A stretch of DNA of 63,657 bases, counting the filler, from Xylographa opegraphella (taxonomy: Eukaryota), in assembly GCA_022813865.1 (NCBI GenBank). It is 3 parts of 3 records of this genome, joined end to end, with 100 filler letters (N's around TTAATTAATTAA, not from the genome) between each part and the next. Parts side by side here need not be neighbours in the genome. Positions count along the whole stretch, not along the records: positions 1 to 23,953 come from JALDZX010000129.1; 2 more parts are not named here. The stretch is one strand, 5' to 3'. Both the position numbers and the translations under genes were made by a program. Each line of letters begins with the position of its first letter. The stretch's first letter is position 1. A model generated the notes under the pieces. That model did not search any database. It saw only the letters and a list, made by a program, of their open reading frames with translations, and was not told the origin of the DNA. Shown here in pieces: positions 1 through 11,365 of the stretch.

Positions 1-61
1 AGGTGCTAGTCCTGATCCAGCCCGACCCCTATCACCTGTGACTGATGTCATAGCCGTCACA
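1..61 (-). mobile_element. LTR family A, partial copy cut by the window edge
   Basis: Reverse complement of 1-61 matches the first 61 nt of the LTRs at 30162 and 60164 (TGTGACGGCTATGACATCAGTCACAGG...) with one G/A difference. Confidence 0.9.
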
Positions 62-128
62 ATTTCGTTCTCGATAAATTTAACCGAGCTTTAATCGTTA
101 GCGGCCTTCAGTATAGGCCTTTAAGGTA
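62..128 (-). mobile_element. Terminus of unclassified repeat element (family X), interrupted by LTR A
   Basis: Reverse complement TACCTTAAAGGCCTATACTGAAGGCCGCTAACGATTAAAGCTCGG... aligns to 55774-55841; differences are mostly C/T and G/A transitions. Confidence 0.8.
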
Positions 129-452
129 CGAAGTACTAATATTTACCTATCTACCCAAAGTAAGGTGTTTATATGGACCCTGTGCCTAGTGACTCCGTAC
201 GCAGTAAGGTACTACATTTCCCGCCGGCTAAAGATGCCAAGGCGCGACTATCTCGCTAACCTTAACTCTGCGCCTAAATTTCCCCGTCGCGGTAATAAAC
301 CTTTTACGTAACCCAAGCTACACCTCTTTACATACCTACCTACCTACTTGCAGTAAACAGACTCACCGGCTTCCGAACCACCCCTCCTATCCACCTCATC
401 AAATCATTCCAGCCCCCCTTTCCCTTCCGCTCTTCCCTCACTACACTACACA

Positions 453-1171
453 ATGCCCTCTCCCCTCTCTCCCCCCCCCACCACCTCCCCCCCGCACCAC
501 CCCCCCCCAACACTCAAAGCCCACAACCCCTGGCCCCCGACCTTCGCCCTCCTCTCGCCGCGGGCCCAGTTCCGGCTCGAGCGCCGCTATCGCCGGAGGA
601 CGAAGATGGCTTATTCGCGCCCCGGCTGGGTTAGGGGCGTTAAGTTGGTGCAGGGGGTTGTTGTTGTTGGTGAGTGCGGGATTCCTTGGTGGAGAATGGG
701 GAGGGGGCAGGGGGGAGGGGGGGAGAGGGGGAGGGGAATGGGGAGAGGGGAGGGGAGAGGGGGGAGAGTGGTTTGGCTAATATTTGGGCAGGTGTGCTCG
801 CGTACGGCGTGCTCGGGATGGATTGGGGGGATGTGAGGCAGCCGTTTGGGGGGGTGTGTTGGGTTCCGTTTTCTTTTTTTTTTCTTTTTTTCGTTCAATC
901 ACCACCTGTCTCTCTTCCCATCCCACCCTTCCCACTCATCCTCCCATCAACTCTACCATCCATCCATCAGCCGCATAGTGGATGCGGTAGCGCGCAAGCG
1001 CTGTGGCATACACACAAACACGCACGCACCAACAGATAGGGGCTAACTCGCTGCGCGCGCGGCACACAGATCCGAGCCTGGGTGGCGGACACGCTGGGGA
1101 CGCCGAAACCGAGTCTGGGTAGGATTGGGGAGGGGGGGGGACGTGGAGGGAGGGGGGAGGGAAAGGGGTAG
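453..1171 (+). CDS. Small conserved fungal hypothetical membrane protein, possibly mitochondrial; exons ~453-669, 792-853, 1070-1171
   Basis: GT..GCTAA..AG introns join WPPTFALLSPRAQFRLERRYRRRTK...VKLVQGVVVV-GVLAYGVLGMDWG...PF-IRAW in frame to TAG at 1169-1171. Resembles a Pezizomycotina hypothetical family (from memory). Confidence 0.7.
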
Positions 1172-2484
1172 AGGGGGTGGGTAGAAGGAGTGGGTCGAAG
1201 GGGTGGGGGGAGGGGGCGAGTGGGGAAATGGAGGTTGGTACCTTTGGGCATGGACGCGCTTCTGCCGGGCGGGAGGGGAGTTGAGTGGAGCGGAGTATGA
1301 TCTCCTGGTGGAGACTCATGCGGGAGAGCGCGAGAGCGGGGAAAAGTTGGCTGGAGCCTTCAGAGCGTTGAGCCTTGAGACCGCGTGTGTGCGAGGGCTG
1401 CTGGTGGGCGAGCTATACTCCACCGAAGCGGCAACAGCAACAGCACCAGGCGCAGAAAAAGGACCCCCTTCTCAACCCTCTCCTCTCCCTCCATCCAGAA
1501 TATCTGCCATAGAAATCGGCACCAACGACACACACACATACAAACCGCACACACCACCGAGCTGACATCTCACAAACGACCACCTCACAGCCCTTCCTTT
1601 TCTCAAACAAAGGGGAGCGCTTTGCGTCCTACCAACGCTTCGAGCCCGGGGCTCGGTCCGTTCGGTGTTCATGTGGCGGGGCGTGCATATATTCACGAGA
1701 GACTAGACGGCGTGATTGATGCGGGAGGAAAGAAAGAAGGAGGGGGGAACGATGTGTTCTCTTTTACTACCTACTGACCTCCCTACTTCTGGCGCATTAT
1801 CTATCTATCTACCACCGCCCCCCCCCCGCTTTCGTGGCCTGAACACTACCTTCTCTTCTCTTCCCTCCTCAACCGTCCACACGCACGCACGCTCGCTCGC
1901 TCAATGGCCAGCAGCAGCAGCAGCAGCAGGCAGCAACCCTCTCAAGAGCGCCCAAACACGCACACCCCCACAACAGGGGACGGGTATTCAAACACCTCGG
2001 ACGAGCACCCCGAAAAAAAGGAAAACACAAGACAAGACCCGCATTCTCACGCACGGATATTACCAGCAGAAAAAAACCATCCCCCCCCCCAAAACCCCCT
2101 CTAGCACGAAACAAAACAAAAACCAAATACATGCACCCCCAAGCGCAAAAGCGTGTCCGATGTGGGACTTGCTTCCCTGCCTTTGCGGCTTTTTCCCCTC
2201 CGTTTTCCAGAACAGCGACGACTGTACACTCCCCCTTGTCCGTCGGGCCGCCGCTCCTGCCACCCCACCCAGCTACCTAGGTCTTTCCGTTCGCCGAGTA
2301 TCCAGAAGAGAACAGAGCACCGCTCGTGCACCCCGAGGAGCGGTCCCAATTAGTCCTCCACCTGCCCGTCTCCCAATCCATCAGTCCCCAGCAGTCCCAT
2401 TTCCCATCTCCAAAGCCCTTCTCCATCCACTTCCCTCTCGCCCCCCCCCCCCNCCCCTGGCATATTAACCCCCCATCCCACTGA

Positions 2485-5400
2485 TCACTCCTCCCGCAAA
2501 ACAGCCTCACTCACCGCAAACCTCGGCGTACTGACCTTCCTCCCCAACCCCAACCCACTCAACCGCTTCCGCAAACCCCCCCCGCGCGCCGTGCTGACCG
2601 ACGTCGCCGTGAGCGCCGACTGCGCCGTTACCGGCCTCGCATCGGAGCCCGCGCGGCCACGGCCCATGCCCCGCAGCGAGCCCGGCCGGCTGGACGACTG
2701 CACGCTGCTGGCCGCTTCGCGGGTCGACGCGTGGCTGTGGCTGGCACCGCGAGACGGGCTGCTGTGGCGGGACGAGGGGCCGGAGCGGAGGTCTGGCGGG
2801 TGGTGGGCGAAGCCGTTGGTCGTCGGGGCGTGGCCGTCGCTCGTGAGGTTGCGCTTGAGGAAGGAGGAGAAGCGGCTGCGGGCGGTGGGGGCTGCGGGGT
2901 CGGTGGTGGGGAGGGAGGGGTTGCGGTCTGGACCGAGAGCGTCGGCGTGCGTGTCGCCGTTTGTGAGGTGCGCGTCGGGGTTGGGGAGGAGGGTCGTTGG
3001 GTTGTAGTCGAACGCGAAGGTGGAGGTGGGGGAGACGAGGGACGGTGTTAGGGAGCGGGGAGGAGCCAAGACGGCGAGCTCGGGAGCGAATGTCGTGGCG
3101 AATTGGGAGCTGAAGTCCGCGAGCGTGTCGAGGTGGTTGGGGCGCGTGTGGAGGGCGAGACAGCGGCGGAGGGTGGAAGCGAAGTCGAGCAGAGCGATTT
3201 TGAGGGCATTCTCGAGGAGTTTGGAATGTGCATCTTCGGACGGCTTTCCTTCCATTTCTTCCGGCCCTACTGCATCGATTTCATCCGCTTCATCGGGCTG
3301 TGGTAGTAGTTCGCGATACTGGGCAACACTCGTAGTCGAGCCGGGACTCACAGAGGATTTGATAGCATCTGTCATGTTGAAGAAGCTCGATTCATCGCCG
3401 TCGAGTATCCGCTTTTCGAGCACGGCCAACTCCGATGTCTTCCTTGTTGTTCGCTCCACCGCCGTTTGTAGAGGCGACAGAGGAGCGACATCAATGGCAA
3501 TTATCTCACTCCTTCGTAGGATGGTCGGGAATGTATCTGCAGTTGTATAGACAGTCTTCTCGATCCACTGATCCTTGACATTATGCTTGGGCGAATGCCG
3601 CCGCGACGTAACGGTGAACCGATTCGGCTGCGAGGACAAGATGAAGTCGCGAGTTGATTGGGGAACCCTCGATCGTTGATAGAGTGGGTGCTGCAGGTCT
3701 CTGTACGCATTCACAGCGGATACCTGAAGGAACTGTCCTTCGAGATCGTCGATATCACCAGCAGGAACCAATTGCGCGGCCGGATGCTGTTGTTGCAGAC
3801 GATCGGTAAAGGCCGTGAGCCTATCCGAGCCGTGCCCTTCGAAGATGAATTGCTTGTCTCGAAGGCTGAGCGGGAACCCTAAGCCACGGTATATTACTCG
3901 GAAATACCTAGAGCTCACACCTTCGCCTCGGGCAATAAGCTCAAAGATCTTGGCAGTCGAGCGATGCGTTCGCGCCAATTTAGCAAAATCGAAAAGTACT
4001 CGCTCATACTGCTCTGCAAGCTCCTGATAGCTGGCCAATGCAGCATCCCACGCAGCTCCCTCTTCAAAGTACTTGATCATCTCGAAATACAAAGCCTCTT
4101 TGCGCTCAAATGCTGACTGCTTTGGGAATGTTGGCGAAGCGATGGCTTCTACTGTTTTCGCGGTGTCCCATGTGTACAGGTCAGCATGTAATCGCACTGC
4201 TAGGCCTGCCTCTGTTGAATTTCGAGCACGAGCTTGAACATCTGCTAGCTGATGAACATAACGAATATAGATTGCCTCTTTCTGCATGCCCTTCAAGAAG
4301 TCCATCAGTCTTAGGGTATGCATGATCCGGAACGCTTCCGTTGTATCGGTGCTATGAACTGCTACCAGGAGGTCCAGTAACTCGTCCACAGTGGACACCA
4401 GCTCCTTGATAGCTTCCCACAGTTTATTATTTGGCGACCTTGCGAGTGGCTCGAAAAGGTCCAACAGCTCGTTGACGAATAGCTTCTGTTGAGCTACTTC
4501 CCCAATGTCTCTTGCCTTGCACAGCTGATCCAAGCAATCGATCATTTCAGCCTGAACGACTCCCAGATCTTCATTCAGCGTCCATTCACTGACAATCATT
4601 GATTGTAATATTTTTACGGCCACAGCACGAAGGCCGGCATGTACACTCATACACAGTTCCACAATGGAGGCGACCAAACTCGGAACATATTGTACCTGGT
4701 AGCCACCGAGTCGCTGAAGTCCGTACTGCTGCTGGTCTTCAGCGCTAGCTTCCCAGCCAATAGCGTCCCAAGACCGTTCCAGAAGAGAAGCTCCTTGCTC
4801 TCGAACATCACCCGCGATCTTCCAGACTGCTCGGCGTTTTTGCTCGGGAAATGTCTCCAGAGCAAGTGCTTCACTTCGGACAAGTTTGAGCAAAGTCACG
4901 AGTAATGTCTTCCAGAGTTCCGTATCGAAACTGTCTGCTTCATCAGGCGATGGTAAGCACCTCTCTTCCATTGCCTCGTATATACTCTCCAGCCTTTTAA
5001 GAACAGCACCGTGGTGATAAACGTGTAGTGTAAGCCACGAACTGGGAAAGGCTTCGCCACTCAAGATGGACATGTTAACTTCCAGCGCCGAGGATAGGAT
5101 CTCTGTCAGCGGGTCTTCTTTTGAATAGGTATCCTTGATCGGACATGGCTTGGTCGAAAAGCCAGCTAGCAAAGCCGATAGCTCAATGAGATTTTCGTCA
5201 AATGTTATACCTGCGGCGGCGGGCTTGGTTTGGAACGGGTATACCGTTGGGAAAAGAAGTGTCAGAAATTCTTTTTGTGGATGGTGTGCAATCTGGAGAC
5301 GTCGGTAGGATTGGATTATTTTCGCAAAATACTCAGGTAACTGAGAATTTTCCTGGTTGATTTGTGTTGCGGCAATTGAGCAGCACAAGTGAACCTGTTC

Positions 5401-8400
5401 TTTGTATTGAATTGTCACAGGGCCTGTCGAGCCCCAGTACGGAGCTATCCAGCTTGCAATCTTCTTCTCGAGCTCAACCTTCAGCAATCCGTGCGAAAAC
5501 TCCATAGCTTTGGTAAGATTGCGAATCAAGACCAGCTTATGTAGAACAAGCTTTCCTTGGACATCAGAACATGCATCGATAAAGCTTACAGTTATCCGTG
5601 CAATTTCGTCTGGCACGAAGCAATCGCTGAGCTCTGGCAACCATGTATGCATGTGTTGCACAATGAGTGTTTTGCTCCCTATTAGCGCTGGCGATGGCTC
5701 CCTGATCAAGGACTCGAATGCGGCAAAGATCTTCTTAAAGTCACGGTTGAAGTTAAGCTGAGTATTTGTGATACCAATACTGGCCTCTTTAGCCCTCTGC
5801 TGTCGTCGAGCAGTCACGATGAACTTCAGGATCTGCTGCCCTACTTTGAAAGTAGCTCGTAAGTTCCTAGAATTTTGGTAATCCGCCGGGGTCGACAAAA
5901 GCCGGAGATAGCTTCTGATCAAGCAAGGAGTCGCAAAAGGATAGTTGAATTTCTTCTCCGTATATTCATGCACCAAGGGACCCAAATTGAAACGACGATC
6001 GTGAACTATACCGAGCACAGTGACAAGATCATTGAACACTAGATCTTCGTATTCATCGTTACCTGAGCGGTCAACGAGAATGCTGAACAACGCATCAAAA
6101 ACCTCGCTCACAACTTTCACAATCTCAATCTCTGACACAAACACTAATTGTCTTAGCCTAACCAAGAGCTGGTCTTCTGGTTGTTCCCGCCATTTCAGTA
6201 CTCCGAGCAGTACCTGATCTTGGGAGAAAGCAGTGCTGCACAAGAAGGTTTTCAATTTGAGAACAGCAACTGGCCCTGTCAAAGTCTCGATTTTTGGTAC
6301 ACTGTCTCTAGCTCTAGAGTTCCATTGAAAGTCAAGGTATGCTCCTCGGCCCATCTCTGTATGTGATGTAGTACCATCATAGAGATAGAGTAAAGGTGAG
6401 TGTTGGCCGTCTTTAATAAATGCATGTTGATCCCATAGAGGAATCCAAGCGAGAGCAAATGGAAACCCTGGTGTGTCAGCAATACTCATGATTAGATGCG
6501 TGTCCGGTACATCATCTGGAGGAATGACTAATTTTATCGTTTGGTTCCAAGATTCCCCTCGTTCTATGGCAGTAGTCCGCCATGCAGTCAGTCCAGACGA
6601 ATTCGATGACGGGAAGATACAGTGCTCAATGCGCTCGCCTGATCCCTTGCGGACCTCCAGGGTAAGCTGAACGTTGTGCATGTCCAAGCTAGTGGCAAGC
6701 TGGACAGCACCACGATCGGGATGGGAGAACAATGCTTGTGCAGGAAGATGTGGCTGAGAGAGGGTGATGTAGATATCTGATCGAGGAGTGGTCGGAGCCC
6801 CTGAGAAACCCATTTTTGGCGTTTTCGAAATACTATGGAGTAAAGTAGGCGTTTTCTTTATTAGTGAATCGGCATCAGAGCTGACGAATGAGTGCAGATG
6901 TAAGCGGATCCGGTTTACAAGTTTTGACTTTTCGAAACGTTTTGTTCTGCTGTCTAATAGCTCGTGGATAATCTCGTCCCAACCTTTCTCAATCTCTTGA
7001 ACATCCAGACTCATCTCGTTTGGTGACCAAACGGTCAATATTTGCTCAACAGATGATTCATGAGCAAAAAAATGCTTCAACTCACATACGGCAACTCCGA
7101 CACTCCTTTTGACATACTGTGGAGTTTGCTGGTCGAAATCTCTCGAAGTTATTGCTGTAGTCGGCCGAGTCTTCCGCCCCTCGTCATCTTCCTCTCCCTC
7201 TTCTATGGATGGATTTGAATCTGCCGGGCCCCTAGTCTGACCAATTTTCGATACTTTCTGGGATGGAGATCCCTGAGACTTTCCAGTTTTACTTTGACCC
7301 CACAGAAGGCTACGTCTTCCACTTTTTGGAGTACCATTGCTTAAATTGCCGTTACTTCTTCCTGTACCCTTGGTGGAGATAGAATCTCTTAAGGTAGCCG
7401 TCCTCGATGGCGTCAGAGAAGCGGGTTGCGTTAATCGACTCGCTTGTACTTTGATTACAACATACAGCTTGTCCTCTGATCCTGATGCTTCTCCAATGTC
7501 GGTCGAGGTAAGGTCTGAGAAAAGTGTTCGCAATTTGCCGGACACTATAGTTTTGCTGAGTTGATCTTGAGCAGGAACTTCCATTGCAAAGCATTCGGTC
7601 AACTGCTTTGGAGGTTCGCCGGCGGTTTTTTGAAAAAGTGAAATAAGCAAGGAAGGATTTTCCTTGCCGTGACATACAAATCCTTTGAATTCAACCAGAA
7701 GATGGTGTAGGTTCACATGGTCAGACGTTGTGGCTGGTGGCTTATCGAGCAGACTCATTGATGACTGTAGCATTGATATTTCAATTGCCGTATCCTCCCC
7801 AGTCAAGAGACGTCCCCTTTGTTTTGGATCTCGGACTATCACTTCATTGCTGAGCATCTTGTTACCACTGACCAAGTCCCAAACTGTTTTTTCACGCAAT
7901 AGCTCCAGCTCTTGTCTTGTAAGCACCCCATGAAGAAGCTGCCTCCTTGCCAGGTCGAGTTGATGGACCAGCTTCGAGAGTTTGTCAAGCACACTATATT
8001 GTCGGGAAAGTAGCAACTCGTGCAGGTTCGTAGAGTGCCACTCTCTGAGGCAAGACGCGATCTCGTCAACGAGCGGTTCGGAACTCGATGTAGGAGTTTC
8101 GTCACCGATTTTGAGCATGGGAACAGGAGCTGGCGGTCGTGGCGCTCCCGGCTCTCGGGGGCTTAAGGACACGGGCGTAAGCGGAAAAGAAAGAGTTTGC
8201 GATTTGGTAGGAGTCACTGACTGTTGGGATCGATGCGATATCCCAAGTGCTATTCCATTACTTGTTTCGGCTCCTCTCAGCCGTTGCGTTGATGTTCGGT
8301 TGGACTTCCGCCGGGTTGTAGACTCTCCTTGCGCCGATCCATTCGCTATCAGCCTTCTTGGATCCACTGATCCATCCTCCTTCTCAGACATGCGTCTGTC

Positions 8401-8766
8401 ACTTGTCTCCAAAGACTGCTGCTCAGGCCTCTCCCATTCCTCATCATGCCCATTATTGTGGAGGGTCTCTTGCACAGAGCCATTTGACCGCCGATCGCCC
8501 AAAACCTCTCGGACTTCCACACAATTTCTAGGAAATATCCCAGAGAATACGCGAGCTTCCAGAGTCTGCCCCTTAACGCATGTGAGACCAGCCAGAAGCG
8601 ACGGCGGAGCGACCAAGTAACCCCGATACCACGAATAGTCGACTCCACCTTCTTCTATTATATACAATTCGTCCCCGAGCTCGAGTGGAAGATCTGCAGG
8701 GAGGGACGGCTGGAAAGGATGGATTGCTACCGCGAAAGCAATCCGAGGTAAAGGCCTCCAGGGCAT
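2485..8766 (-). CDS. DCK1: SH3-domain DOCK family Rac guanine nucleotide exchange factor (Dck1-like), 2093 aa, single exon
   Basis: N-terminal SH3 (LPLELGDELYIIEE...WYRG...GIFPRNCV), DOCK C2 region, DHR2 motifs (IYIRYVHQLA, EAGLAVRLHA, YFRVIYRGLGFP..LRDKQFIFEG, FPTILRRSEI). Confidence 0.92.
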   Translation of the reverse strand: MPWRPLPRIAFAVAIHPFQPSLPADLPLELGDELYIIEEGGVDYSWYRGYLVAPPSLLAGLTCVKGQTLEARVFSGIFPRNCVEVREVLGDRRSNGSVQETLHNNGHDEEWERPEQQSLETSDRRMSEKEDGSVDPRRLIANGSAQGESTTRRKSNRTSTQRLRGAETSNGIALGISHRSQQSVTPTKSQTLSFPLTPVSLSPREPGAPRPPAPVPMLKIGDETPTSSSEPLVDEIASCLREWHSTNLHELLLSRQYSVLDKLSKLVHQLDLARRQLLHGVLTRQELELLREKTVWDLVSGNKMLSNEVIVRDPKQRGRLLTGEDTAIEISMLQSSMSLLDKPPATTSDHVNLHHLLVEFKGFVCHGKENPSLLISLFQKTAGEPPKQLTECFAMEVPAQDQLSKTIVSGKLRTLFSDLTSTDIGEASGSEDKLYVVIKVQASRLTQPASLTPSRTATLRDSISTKGTGRSNGNLSNGTPKSGRRSLLWGQSKTGKSQGSPSQKVSKIGQTRGPADSNPSIEEGEEDDEGRKTRPTTAITSRDFDQQTPQYVKRSVGVAVCELKHFFAHESSVEQILTVWSPNEMSLDVQEIEKGWDEIIHELLDSRTKRFEKSKLVNRIRLHLHSFVSSDADSLIKKTPTLLHSISKTPKMGFSGAPTTPRSDIYITLSQPHLPAQALFSHPDRGAVQLATSLDMHNVQLTLEVRKGSGERIEHCIFPSSNSSGLTAWRTTAIERGESWNQTIKLVIPPDDVPDTHLIMSIADTPGFPFALAWIPLWDQHAFIKDGQHSPLLYLYDGTTSHTEMGRGAYLDFQWNSRARDSVPKIETLTGPVAVLKLKTFLCSTAFSQDQVLLGVLKWREQPEDQLLVRLRQLVFVSEIEIVKVVSEVFDALFSILVDRSGNDEYEDLVFNDLVTVLGIVHDRRFNLGPLVHEYTEKKFNYPFATPCLIRSYLRLLSTPADYQNSRNLRATFKVGQQILKFIVTARRQQRAKEASIGITNTQLNFNRDFKKIFAAFESLIREPSPALIGSKTLIVQHMHTWLPELSDCFVPDEIARITVSFIDACSDVQGKLVLHKLVLIRNLTKAMEFSHGLLKVELEKKIASWIAPYWGSTGPVTIQYKEQVHLCCSIAATQINQENSQLPEYFAKIIQSYRRLQIAHHPQKEFLTLLFPTVYPFQTKPAAAGITFDENLIELSALLAGFSTKPCPIKDTYSKEDPLTEILSSALEVNMSILSGEAFPSSWLTLHVYHHGAVLKRLESIYEAMEERCLPSPDEADSFDTELWKTLLVTLLKLVRSEALALETFPEQKRRAVWKIAGDVREQGASLLERSWDAIGWEASAEDQQQYGLQRLGGYQVQYVPSLVASIVELCMSVHAGLRAVAVKILQSMIVSEWTLNEDLGVVQAEMIDCLDQLCKARDIGEVAQQKLFVNELLDLFEPLARSPNNKLWEAIKELVSTVDELLDLLVAVHSTDTTEAFRIMHTLRLMDFLKGMQKEAIYIRYVHQLADVQARARNSTEAGLAVRLHADLYTWDTAKTVEAIASPTFPKQSAFERKEALYFEMIKYFEEGAAWDAALASYQELAEQYERVLFDFAKLARTHRSTAKIFELIARGEGVSSRYFRVIYRGLGFPLSLRDKQFIFEGHGSDRLTAFTDRLQQQHPAAQLVPAGDIDDLEGQFLQVSAVNAYRDLQHPLYQRSRVPQSTRDFILSSQPNRFTVTSRRHSPKHNVKDQWIEKTVYTTADTFPTILRRSEIIAIDVAPLSPLQTAVERTTRKTSELAVLEKRILDGDESSFFNMTDAIKSSVSPGSTTSVAQYRELLPQPDEADEIDAVGPEEMEGKPSEDAHSKLLENALKIALLDFASTLRRCLALHTRPNHLDTLADFSSQFATTFAPELAVLAPPRSLTPSLVSPTSTFAFDYNPTTLLPNPDAHLTNGDTHADALGPDRNPSLPTTDPAAPTARSRFSSFLKRNLTSDGHAPTTNGFAHHPPDLRSGPSSRHSSPSRGASHSHASTREAASSVQSSSRPGSLRGMGRGRAGSDARPVTAQSALTATSVSTARGGGLRKRLSGLGLGRKVSTPRFAVSEAVLREE

Positions 8767-9390
8767 GTCGAAAGATCGGGAGGCTTCGAGATGTCGTCTC
8801 CCGTGCTGTAACTTATGAACCCGGATGGCTCCAGCTTTTCATTAGTCGCGATACATCAGTCCGCAGGTCGGTGGGACCGGCAGCCAAAGTACTCGAGCGG
8901 TCCAGATCAGCGCGTGCTTGTCAGAGCAGGGGTTCTACCATGCCCCTGTCCAACTCCAGAGAGATACTTCGGACATTTTCGGATTTCTCAAGGAGACCGT
9001 GACAAAAGGACCTGTAGTGAGCGCACAACGGACTCAAGGTGTACCAGCAAAGCGAGAGTCAGCAAAGTAGAGAACGTGTGACGCGCTGCAGCTGTTTAAC
9101 AATTTATGGCGACTGGGATCGAGATTCGGTAGCGTTACCGAAACTTTGATTGGGGTGCCAAGGAGCCAAGGTGGAGTAGCCAGCCCTACAACCACCACGG
9201 CAATTCACTGTTGACGTTTGTTGCAAACCTCGGTGCTCTTGACGGAGCAAGGTGCTTATCTCCCTAAGAATCAACCCTTCTCACATCAAATGTCGGGCTC
9301 ATTTAGTGGCATATTCTCGTGTACTATACCGAATAGACACTTTTCATTTTACCTCAGCATTGAGGAATGTCTGGACGTACGCGGCCCCTA

Positions 9391-10179
9391 TTAATTCTTT
9401 GGTGCGAGAGCAACAAGGCTGAACATCAGATCTCCTTCATCTTGCGCTTCTTTCAAGAAAGCTCCTATCCCCAATCGAAGAGCTTCCTCGCTCAGCACGT
9501 CTTCATCCGGACGCAATTCACCACGATCTAGCGGTCCATTCCATCCACCTTCGAGCTCCCAGAGATGGCCATCTTCGGCTTTCACGAAGGAGATGAAATG
9601 CTGATTGTTCTCGTCCTCCGCAGGCGGAGCTTCTGTATCTCCTATCTGAGCTGCGGATCTATGAGCAGCCACAAGTGCCTCAGAGTTGTAGAGTAGGCTT
9701 GCTCGTTCAGCTGGCTTTAGTGGTATAGCTTCCTTGAGCAGCTTGTCAAGAGTAGATTCTGTTTCGATATAATGCTTCGCCCCGCCATTGCTAACACTGT
9801 GAAGGAGACCGATGAGCCCACATGCATGGCGAATCGTTTGCTTGAACCAGATGACGGGCTCGTTAGCACCTGAGCCTTCGTAGTTTGAAGTCTTTGACTC
9901 CTTGTTTCGAGCTTTCCAGTAAATTTTCGCAGGGACTATGGCTAAAAGTGCGTATGCTGGACGAGGAATGCATGCAAGTAGATCAGGATCATCTATGCTG
10001 TAAACATCATAGAAGCCAAGCTCGGAGCGGACACCAAGTTCGTGAGCCAGGTGGGACATCACTTCCGGGTTGTTCTCTAGCCATCATAAGCATCCAGTCG
10101 GTGTGGTTCTGGGAGCCTCACCTAAAGGCACGAAAAACCCTTTCTCGCCTTTAGCATCGAGATTCTTCGGAAGAAACAT
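9391..10179 (-). CDS. Ubiquitin C-terminal hydrolase (peptidase C12, UCH-L3/Yuh1-like); intron 10121-10077
   Basis: Spliced PLENNPEVM, FYDVYS, QTIRHACG, HFISFV, LWELEGG, FSLVALA; 45-nt GTGAG..TAG intron. Confidence 0.9.
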
Positions 10180-10796
10180 GATAATAACGCAGGCTTGGTA
10201 TTGTGCATATAGATCTTTTCAAAATGTAGAAGGTTATCCGGAGCCAAGCTTGAACACTGCTGTCGATTTTAGGCAACAGTCAGACATTAGATATTTATAG
10301 ATATATCCAGAATTTTACGTAACACCCATCAATGCAGTGGTACTTCACACAATTCGTGCATAGAATACAGCTTGCCTTCAGCGATTCCCATCTCACGGAG
10401 ACATTGCCGAGAGCTCCTAATGATTGAGGATCTTGTAGATTCACGAAGATTCTTCCTATATAATACAACGATGAGTATTGTGACAGGCCCGCTATAGCAT
10501 AGTTTCCTAGAATGGCCAAACTATCATCCCCCTATCGTTAACCCCTTATTGCCATAGACCCAAATCTTGCCTTTCTTGCTCGATACCTATTTCGCAAGCG
10601 AGCTCCCTCGCAACCTAAAAGGAAGCGCCCACAAACGGTAGAAGGCTCAGAGTCATTCCCCTCTTGACCCTCTGAGCGGGGCGATACCCTTCAACGAAAT
10701 GTCGCTGAACATCCTGGCTATCTTCGTTTGACGTCATACCCTGAATATCTTATTGTACGTATTTGACATATGTGCGCAGCAGAATAGACCACCAGC

Positions 10797-11162
10797 TCAA
10801 TCAACACCGTTCTCCCTCTTCCAGTGATCGAGGTAGCGTTGCCCACTCAGCCCTCCCTTCTTGTCCCCCTCAAAATTGCCTTTCAGTGGTTCCATATTTC
10901 TTGTGACGAAGGGTGTAAGCTATATACAGAGATTTAACATACAATCCCTGCGGAGCTAGTTCAGATTCTGTACCTTGAAGTCTTTAAGCTGATGCGGCAC
11001 AACGTATGTTCGAACCTTGTGCCACTCAATCACGTAGTCTCCATGCTTCGTGTGTCGACCCATCGATCCAGATCCAGTACCTTTGTAGAATCCACCATTG
11101 ACTTGCTTCGTTGTGAGTGCGAGACGTCGCAGCCGCCGATATAGAGGTTGTGTGGGCCTCAT
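10797..11162 (-). CDS. MRPL27: Mitochondrial ribosomal protein mL41 (yeast YmL27); intron 10973-10920
   Basis: [41 protein letters not shown] signature; stop TGA at 10799-10797. Confidence 0.9.
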
Positions 11163-11365
11163 GGTCGATGACAGAATTACGAAACGAGGAATAGCGAAGG
11201 TGAAGCGGAATTGTCTACACTGATGAAATAAAGCTTCGACCAATCATAATCCCTGTCGTAAAAGTGTATATTCGCTTAAAGTAGAAATTATCTCCGAAGC
11301 ACACAAGAGGAGAATAGTTCGAAGCTTCCGTAGTCGAAACCCTCCATCGGTTTCTGTCCTCAATC

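Noticed and set aside
179..192. 14-bp match CCTGTGCCTAGTGA to LTR B
   Set aside because: Does not extend on either side; plausible by chance.
611..2510. Many overlapping Pro/Gly-rich ORFs
   Set aside because: Stop-poor low-complexity GC tracts with no recognisable domains.
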